In this document: positions 12,437-25,000 of the stretch, piece after piece
Layout of the letters: every line of letters begins with the position of its first letter
Numbering within the stretch: the first letter of the stretch is position 1
Origin: Balanoglossus misakiensis
Taxonomy: Eukaryota; Animalia; Hemichordata
Direction: 5' to 3'
Assembly (NCBI GenBank): GCA_040954595.2
Contig: CM082576.2
Span: 8,807,129-8,871,128, forward strand
DNA: 64,000 nt
Made by a program: the position numbers and the translations under genes
The notes under the pieces: generated by a model
Databases searched by the model: none
What the model saw: the letters and a program-made list of their open reading frames with translations, nothing else
What the model was told of the DNA's origin: nothing

Positions 12437-15400
12437 TTTCAAAGCAACCCAACGAGAAATTGACTCACACATAATGAGATAATATTGAATGTAACATGGT
12501 GGATGAGCTGTGAAACTTCAAGTCTAATAATATAACTGTATATCAGATGATAAAGAGAGAGGAAAAAAAGTAAATGTGAAAGTGTAACCATCAAATTCTA
12601 AAATCTCAATCTGACAAACTCGTTATGATGCAATCAAAACAAACTATGTTACAATTTTTTTGTATTATTCTATGTACAACACATATTATGTAAAAACTAA
12701 GACTGCAGCCTTCCATGTTGCTGGCAGGTCATCATCACCGGGATGAAGTTTTTTCTTCTTCTGTACTCAGTTCACCCGTAACTGTCTTCTCTCGCCCGCT
12801 TCCTTTTGAAACTTCCTCTTCCGACTGCAGTGTGTGCAAATCTTCCTAAACGATGCCAAGATTAAACCACCTGTTTTTGACTACATGTATACTGGAAGAG
12901 TCTGCAGATTGTAAGTCAAGTTTCTCAAATGATCTTATACAGTTTTTTCCTCTCTGTGCGCGGTTCTCTTCTAAGTACTATTTAGTGAATTCACACTGGG
13001 TAAATTGATCTTTATAATTAACTGTATGTTAATAATTAAGGACATGTATTGCACCTGTTAAGCAAATCTCAACTGGTCTGGCTTGAATGCTCAAAATAAC
13101 AGAAAAAAAAATTTGGTTCGGTTTCAGCGATTATTACATTTTCTTTCGAGGTAGGTGCCGTTTCATCTTGCCTTTCCAAGATAAAATTGCACGACCAGCT
13201 GAACTTTGCTGAATGCTACGAAAACGAGACACACATAAGTAAAGAAATCCTGACATTATACTTAACTAACAAAGTTGCTCTACAGTAACAAAAAAATTTA
13301 AGTACCTGTATTTGATCTCATTATTTGTTGGCTACATAACTCTCAGCTTGCTGGCTATCGGTTATCTTAAGTCAATAAATATGTTTAGGATAATGATAAT
13401 TACAACATGTAGATATGATGACTTTTGTTAAAGATTTCTAGATGGTCTGGTTGGTGGAAGGACAAACACCAGAGCACAAGCAGTACAGGTAACAACAATA
13501 CATCTATGTCTGAGTTGAGTTGTTTCATAAACAAAAACAAAAAAAGTCTGACATCAGATCTAAACAGTACATCTCAGATGTAAATGTGGAAACTGTGTGA
13601 AAACGAAATTACAATTCATCAAGAAAGAAACACAGGAAATCAAGACATCAACCCTGCTCATAAGAAAAAATGCCCAATTTCTAGTCTACTCCGTGCATAG
13701 ATTTGGTTATTCCAAAGTTGACAGAACACTCCTTGGGGGAGGGGGGAGGGGAAGGAAGGAATGACCAAGGGGCTCTTTTTTCAGGATCTGCACAGTGGTT
13801 TTCAAATAACAGCATTATATATTGCACTTGCAGGGTCATGTATGGCAGTTGCTCTGATTTGGATGCAGTCTTTTTTTTCAGTATTTCATGGAAGCTATCA
13901 ATAAAAGGCTTCACATCTAACAGAAGATCAAAGTGAACGCAAACTCGCAAAGTTGAATAAGAATAATCGCTTGGCTTTCTACTCCCTATTGTGATTGTAA
14001 TATAATAATGGGCAAATTACCAACAGAAATTCCTACATCTGCTACTGTCAGCCTAAATACAAGTTTAAACTTTCTTTGTCAAGTTTCTACATGAAAAGAT
14101 TCATTTCAAATAATTGATAACTACTTCTATTCCAGAAATATTTCAACGATAGAAAAGAAGTTCAAAGTATCTGTGATAATCATTATTTTTTTTTATGTCC
14201 AACAGCATATTAACTCCAAAATGCATAAATAGTGTTTCACTTTTTTCAGTAACAAAACAAAACTAACTAGATAACTGTATCACTTATACAAACCTACAAA
14301 TCACAGCACTGGAAGGCAAGTGTAATGAAACAGATGGAATGATTTTTTTTTTGTATCAGAACTCAAACGTAGGAGATATAGAAGGATGATGTTTTTGAAC
14401 GTCATGCTGGGGGCGGGATTTCGTTCGGGAGCTTCTCACAAAATGGCGCCTGCATCCATTTATTTACAGATGGTTCGTACGTTATTTTGTGGTGTGCAAG
14501 AACTCAGATTTGGCTGTACAACATTATGGAATAAACAGTTTCCAGGAAAAAAATTTCTGAATCAATGCAGAAGCACAAGTGGCTTAAATAAAGGAAAAAC
14601 GAGACATAGAACAGAGCTTTAACAAGAATTGGTCTCATCGTGACTGTGCTATCCAGGGTACATTGTACTTGTCTCTAAGCAAAGTGTCTGGTCAGCTTTT
14701 TGCATATAATCTCGTGAACGTCCATCATTGTAAGTCAGAAGAGGAATAACTACCAGCAATCTGGCAACTTACACTGTGTTTGATCAAAGGAGTGTCTTTT
14801 CTCCCAGATTTCTATCACTTTTGCTGCAAAATGATATGTGCTTGATATTCTGCCAAATGACAATCCTGCAGTTTATATATCACTGCAGAAGTATGAAGGT
14901 TGACTCACTGTTAGTAAACATGCAAATGTACACTGGATGACAATGTCACCTTCATATATATATTCTTAAGTACAGATAAACTTACACATCAGTCACTTTT
15001 ACAATAGTTCTTTTTTCTTAATATCTTAGGTTGATCTTTTTGATAGCATGCACATTCCTTAAGTTTACTTTGTAGTTGAAATAGAGTGGCATGGCATAAA
15101 ACTTGTTCTTTTTCAGCTATCTGATGCAAAAAAAAGGCTGGCACTGGGCTTTTTCAGATGCAGCCCACACGGAAAATGGGTAATTCAACTCAATAAAGCT
15201 CTGCTCAACTGTCCCGATGTACACAGATCTGATAACTTCAAACTGGAACAAAGAGTCAAAAAGATTACAATGCTCTAAAATACAAAGCACTGCCTTTTTT
15301 TCAAACACATTCTATCAACCTTTACAATATATGTACACATAGGAATCTTTACATGGCCATTCCTCAGAAATGGAAATGGAAATTAATCTTGCAGAGGAAA

Positions 15401-15974
15401 TACAATAAAAGTGTACAACTCAAGATTACAGAAGATTGCATGGATTGAATGGAGTTGCCAGAACCATGCATCCCCCAGAGAAAAGTATAATCCTTTGAGT
15501 AGAACTGCAGAAATACATGACTGAGGCCTTCAACAAAAAAATATAAGCATAGCTCCAGACAGGAAATGGCTGCTTCACTTACTAAAACACTACTCCATAA
15601 ATTAAAACTTCATCTACCTATATGATACATTCCTGTAAACTACTGATTGTTTGTGTTTGGCTTGTCAGTCAAGATTTCTGCCTTCTCTCTAAATCGAGAG
15701 TTGGGTTCTCTCCCCGTTGACTTACTCTACAACTGTTCACCCCCGATTCCCAATGGCATGACTCAATCTGGCCGGCAAAGTTCGCTTGGACTACAGTATC
15801 ATGTTGGGTTTCCGAGGGGGGTGGTCAAAGGTCAACTGCTGTCTGCACGTACCTGGGAATATGCTTTTTTTTCCTTTTGCATTTTTAGTATGATTTCTAG
15901 GGGGGCAATAATACTGACACATTTACAAACTACCTGGCTTTCTAACCCTAAAGTGAATATCTCTGCCACCTCCT

Positions 15975-16043
15975 CTACTGTTTTCTGAGAATGTCCTTTG
16001 CCCTTTTGTCGGCAGCTGTGATGCGGTCATCGAGGGATCCAGC
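15975..16043 (-). CDS. SNAP25: SNAP-25 alternative last exon 8e (most distal): [22 protein letters not shown]
   Basis: Pyrimidine tract + ttatag acceptor, phase 0. Keeps R191/I192/A195/R198/A199 equivalents and ends in TAG. Confidence 0.88.
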   Translation of the reverse strand, partial: AGSLDDRITAADKRAKDILRKQ

Positions 16044-19000
16044 CTATAACAAGGAGATGAGGACAGGGGGAAGAAGAAATAATAAATAATGGGGATAAAA
16101 ACAGAAATATGCCACACATACAAAAATACACGGGCGGACTGGATGGGAAGTACACTGGGAGGCATTTTAAGAAAGACAAAAAAAAAAGCCACTGCTATTT
16201 TTTCTGTTTGAATGGCCATTTCCCTTGCAGATGAAACACATGGTGATCAGCTATCACCAGAGCACATGATGAAAAAATTAAATATGCCCCATCGGCAATC
16301 ATTACTGATTCCGTCTTCAGCAGATTCTTTGCCAAGGTACACTTCATGCTATTTTGGTTTGTAATGAAAGGATCGGGAAAAAAAATTGCGCGCGCTCTAT
16401 GTAAATATTTGGATTAGACGAATCAAATTATTTCAAATTGAGCAATGAGAATTCAAAACAGCCGTCAATACCAGATTATTCATCTAAAGAATTTGAATTG
16501 CTGATATTTGTGAAAGCAAGTCGGCGAATGTTTGCATTTTTCACTTTAATCTTGGAAGTGACTGTGAAATCTAAAACAGATTGAAGCGAATGAAAACATG
16601 GTATGATCAGAAAAACTGCCATTTTCATTGAAACTGGTCTCTGACGTAAATTCATTACTCTCTCATATGCATATTGACGACGTCATGTGACGAGCTGTGT
16701 GACAACACACAATCTGGGATATTACAATTTACACTGCAACGCTGTTCCTATCCTCTCTTGACTATATTACATTATATTACAGCGTTGAATTCATTTGCAA
16801 GGATGTCAGGGGGCCACTCACACAAAAAAAATTCAGTTCATAACTATAGACCAGAAGAGAACATGCATTGTCCAATAGAAAATATGCGCATCAACATTGC
16901 GTACAAAAATTACGGTTGGATAAAAAGAACGAACAAATATATACAGATACATAAAAAATAAAACAACATCCAAATAAGAAACAGGAACACATCAGCTGCG
17001 ACTGGTAACCTAGGAAAATGGCACGTAGAGATTAAAGAGGAAATACAACAGAGAAAATATAAATTAATATTGGATATGGTACAGATGGGATGGGTGTGGA
17101 TGGGGGATAAAACGAAGTGGAGGTATAATGCCCTATGGATGAGAGCTTCTAAACTTACCACTACATGTTATTTTTTTTTTAACTTTTGGACAAATCTCTT
17201 TGCAGTGTTTAGTTGGTTTGACTCACAAGAACATTTCCGTTATGTTGTAAATCGCAGAAAAGAATGCATGGAAAGAGACAAAATGTTAAATGTAGATTTG
17301 GTGGAAGTGAGACGTCACATGGAAAATGAATAAAGGGGTCAGTATTTTGCGTCAGCTTCATAGGGCCATGAAGACATGAAATGATTAAAATGTGAAATGT
17401 TTGCTATTTCCCAGGTTCATGCAGCAACTCTAGTCCTTTAGCAGCTGTTCGGTACGCTTGGTGGCTATACCAATTCGGTCCACATTCAAGCGGCTCTGAA
17501 CATGGGCAATGCACAGTGAGCAGGTGCCAAGTTGGCCAATAGAAACAGACAAACACAAAGAAAGAAAGAAAGAAAAAAGGTCTTATTACTATGGGTAACC
17601 TACTGACAACTACGGAACAGCTACATGATCATAAGGTCAGGAAGTATTACTAAGTAAAGCAAGCGTTTTTTTTTTCAGTTTCAAAGAAGTCGAATAAATC
17701 TCAAAAAGATTTTCCGAAAGCAAAGGATGAAAGCTACACCTGGAAATCTTCACAATTATACTTAGCAATACTTCTATCATTAAATGCAGAATTACTCAAA
17801 AACAACTAGAATTCCAATATAAGATACATGTACATGATTATTAAGTGTGACAAAAGTGATGGTTGGTGTATCAGAACTTAAAAAAAAAAAAAAGAGCTGA
17901 AAGATGTATCTGGCAAATGCCTGGCATTATATATAGACATGAAGGTGGCATGGGCTGGGAAAACCCAGGATGCTGTAGTTCGAGTATGCATTGTGATGAC
18001 TATAGACAGATGTGCCCAATTCTATGAGAAGAGTCAAGTTGCAATACCAGAGTAAAAGTCATGCTTTTGTTTTTTGTGTATATATGCATTTATATTATCA
18101 TTTTGCTTAAATATGTTTTTTTTTTTTTTACCGGGTGATTTATAGAATGGTATACCGACAACAGAGTGCACTGATTTGAGATAACACGCCAAAGAACTGC
18201 CCAATGTCACGAGAGGTTTAGTATTAGTAAATATAGACACAGCAACAACCAGTTAATATGAGAGTGGGGGAAAGGAGAGAGAAAAAAAATAAAAATAAAA
18301 CACTAACAATAGTGAATGAAGTCAATAAATAGATTTAAAAAATATGCCGAGTCATCTGCTTCATGCATTGTGTTATTATTATTTTTTTGTTTTTTGTTCC
18401 CAGCCTCATGCAGCAACTTGGATCCTTTTTAGCTTTGGAGGATCTTGGTGGCCCGAGTGTTGGCCTGACCAATACGGGCAGCATTCAGCCGGCTCTGAGT
18501 TGACGGAATATACAAACCAGACGGGGAGGAAATCATAGAGGACAACAATGGACCAGCAGATATGCACACAGGAATAATAAACAGAAACAAAATTTCGTGG
18601 GGGGGGGGGAATAATGTACCACCAGATAGACACACACGCACACACAAAGAAAGAGAAAAAAGCTGTATTACCATAATGCACACTAATCATTGAGATGGGA
18701 GTCTACCACAGGAGGCATACAATATCTAAAGCACACAGCTTTTGCAAAAAGTCATGGTAAAAGCAGAAATAAACAAAAAATACACCGAAATTAATTTTCT
18801 TTCCTTATGGTGTATCAGCAGTGGGTCAAAATGAAAACCAAAAGTTCATTATTGTAAGTCATAACCATGGGATGAAAGCAAGGAGCTATGTGCTTACATA
18901 TTGCATACATTTCACAAAACTTTGAAAGCTTTGAATCAACTGTGATTATTTTTTTTTAAATAACGATGGAATTCGAAAAAACAGGAGCATAAAAGGGTAG

Positions 19001-22000
19001 AAAATGAAAAAAAAGCCCCGTCTGAAAATTAAATTCACAGGAAAAGTGGTTTAATGAATTATCTGAGGAGGGTTATAGTGGGATTGCGGGGTTTATATAA
19101 AAGTCACACTTCTAGATCATATGCTGAAGAAAGAGACACAGTATATAACCACAGGTGTGAGATCCTGACAGTTATGTTGGTGGTTATTTTGACATGCAGA
19201 TTGTATTTGAAAATCAACTATGTCTATCGTTTTCCTGGATGTCCAACAATTGAAAGGAGAGAGAGAGAAAGATGGAGACACAGATGATGGTGGTGGCAGT
19301 GGTGATGATGATGATGACGACGATTATGATGATAATGATGATGATGATGGTGGTAATGATGATGTAGCCTAAACAACTTTTAAGTAAAATGTGCCAGCAC
19401 ATAAGAAGGTTACTGTTAGTGAGTTGAAACTTCTGGAGAGGAGTGGACTTGACATGTGGCCGTGCACAATTTGTCTATAGACACTGGATTATGGCTTCGG
19501 CTTATCTTTATGAAGGATTTGACTTGCTCGGGTGTTAGCTTTCTCAATTCGTAAGACATTTGAAGAAGCCTGATAGAGGTAAGAAAAGAAGAAGTATAGA
19601 AGGAGAGAAAGTTGCAGTTCATGCTCAGTTGAAAAAAAGTTAGTCCAAAACAGCGACAAAAAATACATCACCACTACCGGTACAACCACAACTTTGACAC
19701 TTTTCCACAATTTGGGATGTGCGTATAGTTTTTACTTTTATTTTCAGGGGCTTACAATACGGGCAGTTCTTTGTGCACACGACATCTCCACTTTCAAAAA
19801 GTCACTAGACAAATGATCACGACAGCATCAAAAAGTGCTTTGTGCATAAGTGAGTCAGTAGTCTGGAGGAGTTGGAGGGGAGGGTTGGAGGCGAGAGATG
19901 ATTGAAGGTTTGGGGTTGATGACAGGAGGAGGAAGGAGGGGGTTGTATCAGGGCTGGGTATGAGGTGATGAACTGTGATGGCTGATAACCTGTGACTGGG
20001 ATTGTTATCAAAGAAAAAAGATTTGTAGAAGCACATAAAAAATAGCGCGGAAAATGTTGAAATTTAAATAGGAATAAAATGTAACTATTAATTTCAAAAG
20101 GGAAGCATTGATTCTATTACTAAGGTTAAATTGCAAGTTGGAGTTAGACTGGTCTCTAGAATGTTAGTTATAGGATTCATTATTTTTACTTGAAAATTTG
20201 ATGAAAAAAAGCCAAAATATCTTGTTGTATATTGACGGCATGTGTACACCCACTGAAAACACCACCGTTCCCTTGGTTGTTGTGCAGAAATGTGTGAGTG
20301 TACACAGTCTTGTCTTCATCATGCAGCAGTGAGCGTTTTCGATAAAAAAAATCCACACCTGTCCATGAGTGCACATACACATATTCGCATGCCTAGTCTT
20401 TGAGTAGTTTTGCTGCACGAGTGTTTGCAACCGTGAGACGTTGAACATTGGACTCAGCCTGATGGTTGGGTGCGTCAACAAAGTTTCGAGTGATAGAAAA
20501 AAAATTCATAAAAAATTCATAAAAAATAATTTCAAATCAAAATTTGAAAAAAAAGAGAAAGCAATAAAGACAGTTTGTCAGTACAAATTCATTTGAGATA
20601 ATGCAGAATCTGAAAAGAGCCTAGTAACTCTACTAAAGTTTTTAACTTTTTTTATTTAGACATCCCAGTCGGCACTAGAAGAAAAAAATCTCGAGTTTAT
20701 CAGATTTGTTGTTGGGGGAGATCATGATGGAAGATGATGGAAGAATGAAAAGATGAGATGATGAAAAGAAGAGTGTTGGAGGAACATCAGACAAGAAGAG
20801 AGCTAATATGGGAGGTCTGCTACAGTGCATCAATGTGTGAGACACAGACACAATCTACGGTACGGCAAACCGGTTCCAGACTGAAAATACCTTGCAGGCA
20901 AAAGACACACACTAAAGAGAGCGGCTAAGAGTGTGAGGAGAGAGAGACTGCGAGAGAGTTCTCCGAAGTCTAGATAAGTGCCACTCGAGGAGGCTATACA
21001 CACACTCGGTACAAGTTGACACAAGTCAATCACGATATTAATAAACACACGACGCAGTTGCCATGGTCACAAGAAACTTCCCTTTTAAGAGTGTTCTGGG
21101 GGCAGGGCGACGGGTGAGGAAAAACAAATGCATGGCAGACATTCAGTTTGATTTTTCTGCACTTTTATGAGGTTCCCTGATGATTTTCATGTGCATGTCT
21201 TGCTGAAAAAAAGTTACGGATTCCATCCATCCCTGTTTTTTCTGTAAATGGGATCACCCCAAGCATTTAAAAGGCAGCAGGCGGTTTGTACCAAATTGTG
21301 GTAGGGGAGACAGAAGTTACAGCTGACCATGGCACATACTGCGATGTTTTATTAATGTTAGTCACAGTTTCACAAGTTCTGTAATTATGCTACGTTGTCT
21401 AAGGTTCAGGATAAGTTAGGACTGGTTAGACTGAGTTGATAATAGTTACTGGTATTGGGTATTTGCTGCATCTACAAGTATAGAGATGAGGACGTAGTGT
21501 TGGGGGAATTTACGCCTACTGCGTGAGTGGGGGTAATTGCTGAAAAAACTGTTACGCTGAGTGACGCATCTACACAGTGGCAATCGTGATTCAATCTACA
21601 GAAGCAAAGATTATGGGGTGTGTTTAAAGAGGCAAACTATGAGAGTCTAAGTGGGACAGACCGGCAACAGCAACTACTGGAAAGAAAGACATATGTAAGT
21701 GCAGGGGTAGTGGGGAGACAATTCTCTTTTGAGTAAAAACGTCATGTGGTTCTGTACAGTTGTTTTACTTGATTCTGTGTAAGACAATTGCTGTGATGAC
21801 GGATTACTCTGAGAGAAATATCTCCCCACCAAAACATTCCCTACAGTTCACCGGACCTGCCAATAACGACAATAACCTCACCAGTCAGTGCACTGGAAAG
21901 GGGGAGGGGGGAAGAGGAGGGGATATGTAAACAGGCAGGAGCTCTCCTCCACTGTAATAAAATTCTATGACAACCATATCAATCTACATCGGCCCTATTA

Positions 22001-25000
22001 AAGAGACGGAGAGAGACAGTTAAGACCAACACAGTACTGAAGGACACATCCGTGCACAACATCACAGCCTTCAAAAACCAGGCATTCTCCGTGCTGTTGA
22101 ACAGAACACTATATCACCTAAAGGGAAAAACTTGTCAAACCAGGTGGGATTACACTGGGAGTGGGCGAGATCTGTATACTGCAGGCAATCTCAATCTCAA
22201 GCTGCTATCATGACGTTTGTGGGGTTTTCACAAACAGGAAGAGAAAAAAGGTAACCGTGAAAATAAATTGGTTTAATGGAGCAGCTTTTGAAGAGATTGT
22301 CTCAGCACACAAACAGAGATCAGTGTTACTATTTTCTCTGCGGCTATCACAGTTTTATCACTGTATCTTTTTTTGTAAATTTATATTCCCAGAAGTTGAA
22401 ATGTAACATTAGCAATCCAGAAGTTATTGGTTAAAAACAGGTATTCTTGACGTGCAATGAAAACAGTAACAAAGTCTGATCTTACGATAACAGGGGGGGG
22501 GGGGAGAACTAACAACAGGTAGTGGATGGTTACAGCATGGCAGACAGAACCTACCTTGTCATTGATGCGGTCAACCTGCTTGTTCTGCGCTTCAATTTCG
22601 TTGCCCATGTCAAGCGCCATGTGCCTCAAGTTGCCCACAATGCCAGTGACTTGTCCAAGGTTGTCGTCCATCTCGTCCTCCCTGGCATCATTAGTTATCC
22701 TGTCATAACACCACAAATGATGTAGTAAGTTCTATCAGTACAAACTGTATGAATTGTCCCACTAGCTGACTTCTCTATTTTTTGTTCACTGTATAACTCC
22801 CTTAGACACATTTTATCAGTGTTGTGCCATCAACATTGGCCAATGCAATGCAACTTGAATAATAGTTTGGCTGTGAATCCCACAAAGAATGAACACACAG
22901 AAAGTATGCCACATTTGATGCATTTAAATATTTTACAGTACCATCAGAAGAAAAATAAGCATATCTCTGAAGTTGCCAATACATTTTTTCGCATTTTGTT
23001 ATTATCATTGCTATTTTCTGGATACCGGTAAATTGTGGAAGCGAAAGTAAATTGTTTGATTATTTTTTGAGGGGTGGGGGCCCCCAGAAGCTGGGAGACT
23101 GACCTTGTGACAATAGTTGTTTGCCCAGTCAAGGCGTTCCTATCATCTGAAACCCTTGCCGGTTGACTTGACACCACTTTGCCATCTTCCGATGACTTCC
23201 ACGTCTTCTTGTAGTCATCACCCTTCTCAAAATTTCCAAAGCTGTTTAAAAAAAATCAATCAAAAGAATGAATTATAATCCTGAGTGCTTGCAATCTGGT
23301 TTATTCGAACAACTGGATGAATAATGTTTGGGACGTGGAGACAACATGCAAAACATGATACACATACAAACAAGCACTGAACCTCGTCTAACCATAAGTG
23401 TTATTGAACCTTAGTCTGACGCTTGCAGCAAAAATTTGTTTCCATTTTCTTGTCTCTAGTTATGTACACACGTCCGTCCATCCATCTTTAGTCGTGCTAA
23501 AACTACGGATGTAGCCAGGAAGTGTTACTCTACAACTATCCAGTATTCATGAGATGTGGCATGCTTCGGACAAAACTAAGGGTGAACATGGAACACTGAC
23601 AGCACACACACAAATACCCTGATGAGTTTTCTGAGCACTTTTCAACAGTAACTGAGTTATATGAAATCACAGCATTTGCCTTTTTTTGACTAATTCTGAA
23701 AGGTTTCTCAGCATGTATCCAATTGCTAACTTCTACTTAGCATCAATTTCATGATTTTGTAAAATCAATGAAAACTTAAAAATTGAACGACTGATGACAA
23801 TTTTTTTGTTATTTGCGTTTAAATCAGTTTTCATTAATATATGGATCTGGCTCATACCAACTGCAGAAATCTTAAACACAGCACATCTTTCATATTAATC
23901 AGCTGAGAGAATATTAATCATGAAGATCAGATTCATTTTGCTTTGGTCTGTGAAAATTTACAGCAGCTGGAGACTCATCCCAGTTACCGAGAAACTGTTG
24001 GGCGTGAACTCGCACGAAACTCAACCAAAATGGAATAAATCCCACACATTCCAGCAAAGATCAGCTATCAGACACATACACAGATTTGTGCGGATTAAAA
24101 AAAAAGAGAGTCAAAAAACATTATCTGTGGCTGTGCAGCTGGGAGTCTAAAACCCCACTCAGCAATGACAAATTACTCATTTCCTGCAAACTCCATTAAG
24201 CACACTGCTAAGTCAAGCTGCGGCTGGTTGTGACTCTAATAGCAGCGTGTGCCCAAAGTCATTAAGTTTTTCGGAGTCCAACACGACACAGACAAACTGG
24301 CTCCCCGATCGACCGACCGTGGTGTCTGTGTGTGTCGTGGAGTGATTTATCAGAGTATAAAGCAGTCCTCTCCAGAACGGAAACCCAAGCCCCATGCATT
24401 ATTCTTGTCGTGTGCAATCTGACAACCGTAATGCTCAAAATCTCTGCGAATCCAAATACTGGCTGTACGTGTAATTATGTTGACTGTACCTGATGGGAAT
24501 CCACTAACAAGACAAATAATAGTTTTGGATCAACCGACTTATATCACACAATTTATCATGCTCTACTGGGGGGGAAAGTGCACTGCATTCAAGTTCAGAC
24601 GGCTTGCCAGGAAATTACAAATTGGATGTTTTTTCTGTCTAAGTATTTCTGGTAATAGTGGCGTTCACACTAGACAGCTCTACTCTGGTCTTTGGATTGG
24701 CCCAATTCTATATACGGTACACAGGTCCAGGCCTGGGCAGGAGTATGTAGTTCGATCGACACAACTCAAGAAGTGGGATGGGCATAGACAGAAATCGTAT
24801 CCAAAAATTGTACATTAATTTAGGCCAGTTTTAGCACTCTTGTGCATGACCTTAAGAGCAACTATGAGGTTTCATGAGGAAATCGTTAATCATTACTGGC
24901 CACGTACGGAGACTTTCTTATTCTGAGAACACCCTGGATGCAGATTGAAATTTAGCTTGTACTAGATAACTGTGACCCTGTTCGGGCAACATCCTGTTTG

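Noticed and set aside
19747-19815. - strand frame [21 protein letters not shown], loosely like last exon 8b, plus a 12-nt match to 8c
   Set aside because: No phase-correct AG acceptor, the register needs an indel, and the 12-nt match is at a non-equivalent position; probably chance.
24262-24418. Possible extra exon after exon 5 (gtcag acceptor, about 50 open codons then TAA)
   Set aside because: Weak pyrimidine tract and no similarity to any SNAP sequence; unsupported without RNA data.
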